From Bispira polyomma (Eukaryota): a DNA stretch of 64,000 nucleotides. The stretch covers positions 80,290,001-80,354,000 of the forward strand of contig OZ287751.1 in assembly GCA_965649765.1 (NCBI GenBank). Direction: 5' to 3'. The notes beneath the pieces were generated by a model. That model saw only the letters and a program-made list of their open reading frames with translations, did not search any database and was not told the DNA's origin. This document shows positions 15,101 through 27,100 of the stretch, piece after piece. How positions within the stretch are numbered: position 1 is the stretch's first letter; each line of letters starts with the position of its first letter. The translations under genes were made by a program, and so were the position numbers.

Positions 15101-18100
15101 TTTGAGCTTAGTGATTTTACCACAGAAGATGTAATAACAGTAACTGGTACAGAGGAATTATATCAAACCACTAATGAAGATTTTGATGTCTACACCACCA
15201 GAGACAACATAGCAATTTCGAAAAAAACCTCCGAATTCTTTACCACAGGCTTGGAGTTTGATGTTAGTACTCATACCACTGATGATTCGGGGCTATTTAC
15301 TGATGCTTATCACTACAATTATACCACTGACAAAGACGATACTGTACCTGAAGAGGTGATGTCAACAACTGACATCACTTCAGAGATGGAAACAAACGAG
15401 TATGTAACTGAGACTCTGTTATACTTCTCTTCAGAGGCAGGACAAGAGACAAGTACAGATGATGCAACAACATTGGTTTCCCTGATTTGTGATTATGCTT
15501 TATTTTTGGTTATTTTTGTAACTTGCACTTGATTATTTTAATTTATTATACACATTCTTGTTAAAGTTGTGATCAGTTTTTTTTAGTTTTTTTTTAAAGA
15601 TTTTGTCAGTCATGCTTGTCATCCTTTTATGGGATGTATTTTTTATTGTTTGTGTGACTTTGCACTTTATTATTTTAATTTATTTTATACATTTTCGTTA
15701 AATTTTGTTGATTTTTACTCTGTTCAGTATTTTGTAGTTTATACAGTTATACATGGATGTATTATTACATTAATTTTATGCACTTTGGTATTTGTTAGTT
15801 TTCACTTTTTAGTGCCACTGATATTTTTGTTGTCTGTAGGCTATAGATGAATAAAATCAACAGCAGCTTTTTATAATTATTCATTTTCATATTTTCAGTG
15901 CCTGTGATATTTATCTCTAATGAGACCCACATCCTCAAGTATGACAGTGGTGTAACGTCAACATTCCTACACCAGGTAAATATCTGTAATACAGTAGAAA
16001 TCATATGACCCAAACAGTTTGAAAGAATGAGTCTTTGTTTTGACAAAAAGAATGTTTATAAAATACATATGTTTATTTAAAAATAGGGATAGTAAAAATG
16101 GATAACCATTAAAAGTAAGGTCATTTCGACCTCAAGAGAAAATGGTCACCTGGAACTGAAAGAAATCTAGAAATTTTCTATTGCGAGGAAGAAAAATAAA
16201 ATAATATTTTGGGTATATTGGATGCTTGCCGACAGACATAGGATCTGGGAGTAAGAAATGCTGTTGGCTGCTACCCAATTGAGAGTAGAAAGCCTTAAGT
16301 GAAACTGGTTGAGATTGAAAATAAAACTGTGAATAATAAAACCCTGAAATTAGTAACAGTAAATATGAGATGACACTTTATTATGATAAAGTGTTAACTT
16401 TTACAATATAATATGTCATTGGCAACAGATGCTACATACCTCTGTAAAATAATCTCTATTGAATACAGTTATAAACATGTAGTGATATTTCTGTTTTTAT
16501 TTTAATACTAATATCAATAAAAGTCCAACTTCTCCTCAACTAGAACCAATATTCTGGCCCCCAAATTTCAAAATATTTGCTTTATAAATTAGGTATAACT
16601 AAAAATTACCATCAATAGAAGCATATCTAGTGGGTATTAGAGAATTGACTTGATAATGCAAACCAATAATTGTGCATCATTTGTTTACACAAAAATAACC
16701 CTTTCAACCCCTAGGTTGTTGACTTGCAGCTGATGGAATTTGTTACTCCAAGAGCCTGTATCTGTCGGCAAGCATTTGACACCCTGAAAATGTTATTATT
16801 TTGATGACGACTTCCTTCTGTCTATCACCTATGTTTTTCGACTCTGGCTGTGTTTTTTTTGCGCCTTAGAATTCGTTACAACAAAAATAAGCGCTAAAAA
16901 AGTCTGATATATTATTATTATGATATATTATTATTTTCTGTTCATTCAGTTCCTTGGAATAGGGAGTTGTTAGTACAGCAGATTTCCCCCTTTATTGAAT
17001 GCTGAAAGTAGTAAGGGACTTTTACTGCAACCTATTATTGAAAAATTCTTTCAGTTCCCAGCGATAGTTTTCTCTTAGGGTCGACAGAGTTAATATAGTT
17101 TTACAACATGACTTAAGTTTTCACACTGGAGTTTAAGAAAACTTACATTAATGTTAATTAAACTTTTTTCACACTAAATTTGGATATAATTTGTGAAAAA
17201 ACTGTGTTGTGTTTAAACTGTTTGAACTGTTAATTTCTAGTGCATAACTTTGACACATGTTACCTATTTTGTTTCTAATTACTAAACTATTACTGGGAGT
17301 CATACTTTACTTTTTTGTTTTTCCAGAAAGGAGGAAGTATAGTTGGCCTGGCTGTAGATGACCAGAACAATGCCATCTTCTGGTCCAATAACAACCAGCC
17401 TTACAAAGGCATCTACCGAGCATCACTGCATGGACAGGATAGCGAGAGAATTGTCGCCAATGGTAAGACTGTGTTGTGTTGAATTCTATTGTATTTATAA
17501 AGTGTTTTAAGTGATTTTAACCTCAGCTGTAAGACCATTCCATTACACATGGGCAGCAATATAGAAAGCTCTTGATTCAGCTGTCTTAATAGATCTTACA
17601 GAGGAAACAGAAAGTGTCTTTCCCCTCTTAATGTTGATGAAGGAAAGACAAGCAGCAAGGTGAAAGGGCTGTTAAGAGATAACAGCTTTCAAAGTGGTTA
17701 CATGGATTTAAACAAAATTCAATAGCAAATAGGAAGCTAATGTAGTTATTTGAGACATGGAGAGACATCAGTATTGATTCCCAGATGAAAAATGATTGAC
17801 TAGAGTCGATGATAATATATTCCCAGAACCTATGTCTGTTGGCAAGATCTGTCAACACCTGAAAATATTATTATTTTCTTTTCTTTCTGTTCCTTGAAAT
17901 AGGAAATTATTAGTACAGCAGACTCCTTTGTTTATGAAATTATACATGAGGCTATTATTGAATTCCGGAAGTAGTCTGTGGTGTGCTTTTTAGTGACTCG
18001 AGCTATCTGTAATCTGTTACCAAAATATTTCCTTCAGTTCCGAGCGATAGTTTTTTCTTGGCGTGGAAAGGGTTAATGTCACATTCATCACCTCTGTAGT

Positions 18101-21100
18101 AAATAATGATGGGTAGTTAGTTTAATACACAGGTCAGGTCATGAAACCGCTCGACACATATTTATAATAAACAGTTAAAATAAGTTTGTAGTTTTTTTTC
18201 TATACAACTGTTGTCAATGAAGTGTCAATTCCCGACTGTATAGTACTGTGATTACTAAAAGCAATCTAAGTTAACTCTTTCTTATAAAAAAGCAGCCCAT
18301 TGGGGTATCATGTTTATGTGGTAAAATATTTTCTTCTGTTTCCTTGATGTAAAAGGACCTTGTATTGGATATATTTACTAGTTGGAAAAAAAAAGAAAAC
18401 GGAAAAGAAGTTCTATTCTATATTTCTGAAGTCAAGTAGATACTCTTTAAGCTAAATCTGTTTCTGTTATTGAGTTTATTATGCTTTAAAATTTAAAAAC
18501 CACCCGATTGATAATTTGAATGCCTGTGCACTTTCAAATCTCTCATACATGCAGTAAAAGTATATATTGCTGTAGATTTCCATGAAGTAAACAGTCTGAC
18601 CTTTGACCCCAATGCTAAGCTGCTGTTCTGGACAGATGCCCAGAAAAAATGCATTCAAGTCTCCAGTTATGATGGAGAAACAACCAAAACCTTAGTGAGG
18701 ACTGGTCTGCAAGTACCACGTGGTATTGTGGCTGATCCTGTCAATGGGTAAGTGGTCTTGTATGACATGATACTAACAGGTTTTAGAAGGTGCTAGACTT
18801 TAGTAAAAGTACCACATGGTATTGTGGCTGATCCTGTCAATGGGTAAGTCTTATATGATATTATATTTACTGGAAAAGTCAGACAATATAGATTTCAGAT
18901 GGTGTATATTGTGGTTAAAGTACCACGTGGTATTGTTGCTGATCCTCTCAATGAGTAAGAGGTAGTGGTTGCACGATTAGACATATGCTTGAATAATAGT
19001 CGGTGATACTGCATGATTGTTGTTGATTAGTCTTAATTTTATATAATCGATTATCAAGCAAATTCTGTTTCTAAGTTCAACTAATAAAATATTTTTAAGT
19101 TTTATTGTTATTTTACATAGTTTTTTTGGTAAAATAAAGCAATTTTTATTACTTTTACATTTTGTTTTCCTTTACCTCCATGTTTACCGGAAGTCACATA
19201 GGTTAGCAGTAGATACTAAATAGTGAACATCTGAATCCAACCAAATTATTACCAGATCACAATATATTCAGCCCGAGGTGGTATGTGGAGTACCTTGATA
19301 TGTGGCGTTTAGTTAAAATACTGTTTGCTATTGTGGCTGATCCTATTAGTGGGTGAGATGACTTATGTGATATGATATTTACTGGTTTTAAAGGTTTGGG
19401 TTTTACTTAAAATAGTGTCTGCTGTTGTGGCTGATACTACTATCAACGGGTAAGAGATCTTATATGATATGATATTTACTGGAAAAGTCCGATAAAATAG
19501 ATTTGATAGACTTTTGGTTAAAACAGATTATTACTAGAGTATTGTGGTTGATCCTATTAATGGAAAAGAGTAAACATGTGAACATACTGGTATAATCACC
19601 TAAAATGAATTTGAGAGAGTGTAGCCATCTGATTTTGTCATAAAAAAATTCACATGGAAGTAAGTAAAATAGATATAAATACATACACATGTGCTTACTA
19701 AGTTGCTGTAAGTTACAATACGGAAATCAACCAAGTTAAAACATTCACATATTTTGTCTTTGATTAAAGTAGAAAGTTTTGTTCATTACACTTTATTGTA
19801 TAAACAAAGCACTAGATTATATATATCACTAATTGTACATATTGTATCTCATACAGATATATTTACTGGAATGATCAGGGCTCTAAAAAGATAGAGAGAA
19901 GTCGGTATGACGGCTCACAGAGAGAAACGCTCCTAGAAGGGGACATGGTGTACTGGCCCAATGAGATGGATGTCACACAGGATAACATGTAAGAGGGCAT
20001 TGTGTGACTTGTATTCAGATGTAATATAGGGATAGATAACAGAGCATTGTGTGACATGTAATAGACAACATGTAAGAGGGCATTATGTGACTTGTAATCA
20101 GATGTAATATTATCTAATGTGAAAAGACAACATGTAAGCATGCATTATGGGAATTTATTCATTATCAAAAGTTGTACATGACAAAATGTCAGGGCCAATT
20201 ATGGATCATCTTGGTGGGGGTATGCGCCCTTCTGAATGCCCTTGAGCCCAAAACCACAACCTTACGATATTACTGGGGGTAAATATAGATTTGGGTGAGT
20301 ACAAATGAAGTTGCTAAAATCACATAGTCGGGAGCCAGAAGGTTTGGATACTAAAGGTATGGTACAGTAAAACCCATAGTGAACGCCGCCTTGTCATTCA
20401 CCATTTTTTCCTATTTTGTCACCAGTGAATTGTACTATACCTCCAAATAGTGAACACACCTATTTATGGTGAACTTTTTGGTTGGATGCAACATGTAAAA
20501 AGGTTTTACTGTATTTGTACAAAAGACCACCTTTTAAAAAAACCCTAGCATTAGCATAGCCGCTTAGAAGAAGATTGAGGTCCAGAAACAAAACCTATAG
20601 TCGGTGTGACTTTTCTGGCAGACATTAGTGAGACTTGTTACAGACATTTCTGGTATCCAAGACGTCTTAAGAAAGTAACCCCCTACCCTAGGCTACTGGT
20701 CGGTAGTTAATGGACTGACTAGAACTGATACACAGTCAAACCCTTCAAGGGACCAAACAAAATACTTCTACTGAAGCAGGATTTCTAGTTAACAGGACAA
20801 GGTTTAATGGCAAATGCTCTGATTAGGACCACAAATTCACTTGTACTTATCAGGGAAGTCAACTTAACTATTAAAAAGTTCCACTTAAAATGGTTTGACT
20901 GTATATTCAAGCTATACATACAACATATTTTGAGTAGACCAGTAAAGACTACAGAAAAAAACTAGTGTTTAGTACTGCAGGTGTGGTAAGTTCACTTGAA
21001 TTAATACTCTATAATTCCAGGCTACTGTGGACAGATGCGCGGTTACAGAGACTTCAGATCCTAGATGTAGATGCCCTCTCACTGCGTAGTATTGATCTCT

Positions 21101-24100
21101 CTCTGTACACCAATAGTCAGCCTGTATATGGACTCAGTGTACTGGCTCACACTGCCTATATATCAGTGTGGGGCTCTACCAGTCTACTCAGTGTAGACAC
21201 ACGGCCTGACCACAGCGATGTCATCAAAGTACTAGACCAAAGGCTTGGACAGGATGTTCTGTTTGGGGTGGATGTGCTAAAGAAGCACATCATGTCTGGT
21301 AAGTCAATATAGTAGAAGCATTATATGAAGACCCACTGAATTTATTAATCTTGTGTCAGCCAAAAAACATATTTGTTGTAAACAAAATATATACTAGAGA
21401 GCAAGTCATATGTTATCAAATGATCACTGTCATACAGGCCAGTTTAACAGCTTAAATGTATCGAGTCAGTGATTGTTTCCATTAGCTGATCATCCCCATC
21501 AATACCGTTTAATTTACATGTAACAACTCAGGTCCCAGCTTGTATGTGGAAAAGTTGGAGCACAGCACAAAACCTTGACCAACATGTTCTGATTTTGTGC
21601 ACCAGTGAACTGCCCATCGTGATAGTGACACAAAATGTGGTGAAAGCCGTGTTAAGCCCAAACTATCTAACTATAATACCATGTCACACTGATCAGCCTG
21701 GCTGCTCACACCTGTGATTTGTTTGTTTACTCTAGCTGACCATCCCTGTCACACCGGTCAGTCTGGCTGCTCATACCTGTGATTTGTTTGTTTACTCTAG
21801 CTGACCATCCATGTCATACCGGTCAGTCTGGCTGCTCACACCTGTGATTTGATTTGTTTGTTTACTTTAGCTGACCATCCCTGTCACACTGCTCAGTCTG
21901 GATGCTCACACCTGTGTCTGATGACAGGAGTAGACACGTACACCTGTGTGTGTCCTGATGTCGGGGGTCTTCTACTCTCAGAGGACCAGCACACCTGTAC
22001 AGGTATGATAGTTATGTAGAGTGATCACATCAACGGACATAAGTTAACATTAAAATCAAACCTGACTATAGTTTTAGCACATATGGCTCATTTTTCTTTC
22101 ACATATCGAGATGAAAATCTTTTGGTTTACAATAAAATTGCTGACAACTAAATACATGCACAAATAGTTACTACAAGGGAGGGTGCAGTGACCTAGTGGT
22201 TAGAAGCGCTTGCTAATAATCACTTGTCTCTGACTAACGTTGATCTGAATAATGTACGTCCTTGTGGAAAAGCTTGCCAGCCTACCAGGTGCTTGCAATA
22301 GGCTGATGGTTTACAATGTTTCAGCACTGGTTTCTTTAACCGTTAAATCTGGCCGTTGTGATATGACCTGGGCTGTTGTAAGTAATGTAAAAACCAACAA
22401 AATTCTAATTTAAAGCTACAATAAGGGTATTCAGTTAAGCTCATACCTCCACCAAGGTGCCATAGTGTCAGAAAGATAAAAAGCAAGGATTACCAGATCA
22501 GCCTTTTTGCACAGATCTGCTCTAAAATTGAATGTGTTCTTCCTTGGCCACATGCCTTGTACCTCAACTAAATTTTTTGTAAATTGGTTCAGCCATTTTT
22601 GTGGAATCCCTGTGATAAACAAATAAAGCACTAAATGTATGAAAATGTCACTTTCGTCCTGGGGAAAAATATGAATGTGTCAGTAATATTGTGTTCAAAT
22701 AATATCATTTGTAAAGGCATTATGATGTATTTAGATTTTGTGATCTTCTATGACCTTGTGGTTAGGAGTTGGTCCCGTGACCAGAAGGTTACCAGTTTGA
22801 CACCAGGTAATAATGGTCATTGAGGCATAACATCCTTGGACCAGATCTGAACATGCCATTTGCCTACTAATGACACCAATTGACTATATTGTAGGACTAT
22901 TCCTTCTCTAGGGACCAGAACCATAGAGGATGCATTCAGGAGTAAATGCACTTTACTGTTATCAATTATGTTCGTTTACAAATGTTTCTTAAAATAGTGA
23001 AAAGAATGTCGATTAAAGTAGTCTTTTTTTGAAACCAAATCTTACACAAATATCATCAAGCTAACCATTATTAGACCGTATATTATTATCATAAAAATAT
23101 AGTTTATAATATTTAAAAAAATACTAAGGGACAAAATTTTGTAATCTGCGGATTAAATTCTAGTCGTTCGGACCCCTAATCCTCGTAAGTGACGTACGCC
23201 GCTTACAATGCCTATGTCGCTCTAAGCGAACTAGTGTATGTGACCGATTTTAAATCGGTCACTGGATGCTTGTTAGTATTCCTGAAAGAAATAAAATATT
23301 ATTATTATTCATTGATATATTTACTTAATTTAATAATTTAATTATAAGTTTTGTCTGCGACTTGTTTTGTCAGTAACCTGCATGTAACTCTAACAAAAAC
23401 GTAGCAAGTATGAGAATTTTTTGAGAATTTTTTTTTAATGGACTTCAAACAATTGCTTATATCTATGATGTTGAATAATATGCAGTAAAATATGTGACAA
23501 CTCTGTTATATATTGATAAAAGGCGAAAACCCTAAATAGAAGTAGGCACCCTTTCTTTGTTTAATATTTCATTTTAATTGAAAACGAGAGCTGTAAGTGA
23601 TAATAGAAGTTATTGTAGACCAATTTTTCTGTCCCTGACAATGCTTTTATCAGACGTTTCGCCCATGTGCTGTACATACATTCAGATAGCAAACTCTGGT
23701 ACTTTTAATTGCATTTTGAAGACGGAATATATACTGCTAGGAAGCTGTACAAAACATCCATCTTTGTGTGTCCTAAGTCAGAGCTCATCACCTTATAAAG
23801 CGGCAAACAGGCCGCCATTCTCATCTTGTCATATTTTAATTATTATTTATGTAAATAAGCCTCTCAATGTTTAGTATTGAAGTCTCCTTTTTGTATGTTG
23901 TGAGCAGAACCCACTGAGATGTTGCTGTTTGCACACATGGGTAGAGGAGAAATCAATATGGTGTCCAAGACACACACTCCAGGAGACAACAACATGGCAG
24001 TGGTGGGGAGAAGTAGTGGTCCTGTGGGGGTGACCTATGACCCGATTACACAGGTAACTTATAGTGGTAGTAGATCAATTGGATGACCTATGACCCAATT

Positions 24101-27100
24101 ACACAGGTAACTTATAGTGATTGTAGATCAGTTGGATGACCTATGACCCGATTACATAGGTAACTTATAGTGATAGTAGATCAGTTGGATAACCTATGAC
24201 CCAATTACACAGGTAACTTATAGTGATTGTAGATTAGTTGGATGACCTATGACCCGATTATACAGGTAACTTATAGTGATAGTAGATCAGTTGGATGACC
24301 TATGACCCAATTACACAGGTAAATTATAGTGATTGTAGATTAGTTGGATGACCTATGACCCGATTATACAGGTAACTTATAGTGATAGTAGATCATTTGG
24401 ATGACCTATGACCCGATTACACAGGTAACTTATAGTGATTGTAGATTAGTTGGATGACTTATGACCTAATTACACATGTAAGTTATAGTGGTAGTGGGGT
24501 GACCTATGATCCGATAACACAGGTAAGTTATAGTGATAGTACTGGCCAGTTGGGTGACCTATGACCCGATTACACAGGTAATGTATAGTGGTAGTACTGG
24601 CCAGTTTGGGTGACCAATGACCCGATTACAGAGGTAAAGTATAGTGATAGTACTGCCCAGTGGGGTGACATATAACCCGATTACACAGGTAAGTTATAGT
24701 GGTAGTAGAGATCAGTTAGGTGACCTATGACCCAATTACACAGGTATGTTATAGTGGTAGTAGCTAGTAGCTCAGTAGGGTGACCAATGACTTGATTACA
24801 CAGGTAACTTATAGTGATAGTAGATCAGTGGGGTAACTTATGACCCGATTACACAGGTAGGTTATAGTGGTAGTGGGGTGACCTATGACCCGATTACACA
24901 GGTAAGTTATATTGGTAGTACAATGTACTGGCCAATGGGGTGACATATGACCCTATTACACAGGTAAGTTATAGTGGTAGTACAATGTACTGGCCAGTGG
25001 GGTGACCTATGACCCGATTACACAGGTAAGTTATATTGGTAGTACAATGTACTGGCCAGTAGGATGACCTGTGACCCGATTACACAGGTAAGTTATATTG
25101 GTAGTACAATGTACTGGGCAGTGGGGTGACCTGTGACCCTATTACACAGGTAGGTTATAGTGGTAGTGGGGTGACCTATGACCCTATTACACATGTATGT
25201 TATAGTGGTAGTACTGACCAGTGGGGTTACCTATGACCCGATTACACAGGTAAGATGTATGACAGATTATGTAGTAGTTATGTTGTACACCAGTAGGGGG
25301 TGACCTTTGTGACCTATTATATTTTGAACAGGTGTACTAAAATATTTAGCCAACAAAATCCCGAATTAACTTGATAACAGGATTCCATTAAAGATTTTAA
25401 TTCAGGTTATATTAACATTTGCAGTATGGTGTTCAGCATGATTTAACAACAGCTTAGAATAATTAATCATTCAGAAAGGGATTCCGAATCAAACTTAAGA
25501 AAAAGTTTGATCTAGTTTCTAACTTGAGAAAAGGGGTTCTATTATGTTCCAACTCTTTATTTACACTTGAATATGTGAACATGGTACTCATACTCTTTTC
25601 ATCAGTAAAATATGCTTTACTTTATTTTTGCTTGCAGACTTCAAACAATGAGTATACAATATACTTGGAAGCCTTACTTATGATATCTGATTTGTAAATA
25701 GTTGTGTTGATATTTAACTTCTTTATCTATATTTTAGCTGGTTTACTGGAGTGATGTCCAAGAGAAGAAGATCTACAGGGCTCCACTCCAAGGCCACACC
25801 AGAGAAGAGTTCCTCAATGTCTCACACGGGCTGGGCTATGTGGAAGGTTCGTCTTTATACTGTAAAAAAAAAGTGGAGCGACTGTTCTGTGTTAAAATGT
25901 ATTAGTACTTGTATTATGTGAACACAATTTGACTCTCCTGAGTTATGATTTTGCTATTGTTTTGTACTGAACTGTCTCTTCTATTTTATAAAAGACCTTC
26001 CTCTATCTGAACAGTATTTTGAGATAACAGAGGTTCTACTGTAATGTATGTTACATGTTAACCCTCTGAATGCTCTGTTCATCATCTAGTGTTCAACACC
26101 AAACATTTCCATTGCTTGTTTATTTCTTCTTGTATAGTTCACAAACCCATTAAGCACCTTTTCTGGTCACAAACACAAGATGTGTTTAGAACATTAATGT
26201 TTCATTCCTCTTGGCTATTTGGACAGATAATAATCGTCCATGCATTTTCTAAAAATCGGTTGCTCAGTATGTAACAACACTATATTTGTCATGGCAATGT
26301 TAATACTCATTAAAAAAAAGAATAAATTTTGTATTAAATAACCTGTACAATAGAACCTCTATTATCTGAGCATCTATTATCTGAATAATCAATTTCATAT
26401 ACCCATGTTTACTATGATCCCAGTTATAAATGTTACTATTGTTTTATAAAAAAAATGTCTCTTCTAAATTTTTAACCTTCTGTTGTAAGATTAAAATCTT
26501 GCTATTCTAAAATATTTTGATAGTAGAGGTTCTACTGTATTTACTTACACTTTTTAGGACTGTTTCTGGACTGGAAGCAGAGGAAGCTGTACTTTACCAA
26601 CTCAGATTTTGTGACCATAGACGGTACGGCTTTTAGCTGGCACAAGATACAAGTCTTAGATGTGGACACCATGGCTAGAAGAGATGTAGTGACGGATGTA
26701 AGGGAACCCAGGGGCTTGTTTGTGGATTCTCTGAATGGGTAAGTCACTCAACGGTTGTCATACATTCTCACATTGTAACAGTCAGCACTATATAGTGTAC
26801 CCCTAAAGTTCACTATGTTATGTATGAGTTAAAAGGCCAGGCCTCATAGCCTAGATAACCACAGCAACTAGATAACTAGAAGTACTGATTTTTCTCACCG
26901 ATCTTATAATGCACCGTTCTACTGTAATCTATTCACACCAACAATGCACACATATTCCCTCTACCGTACAATATGTGCAATATGATTTGATCATAAAATC
27001 GGATGAGGTGTTGTTTCCATATAAACAATGCCAGCAAGCTATATATATAGTAGATGATCAATATTTCTAAACACCTAGCACATATGATTTTCCCCTCCCC

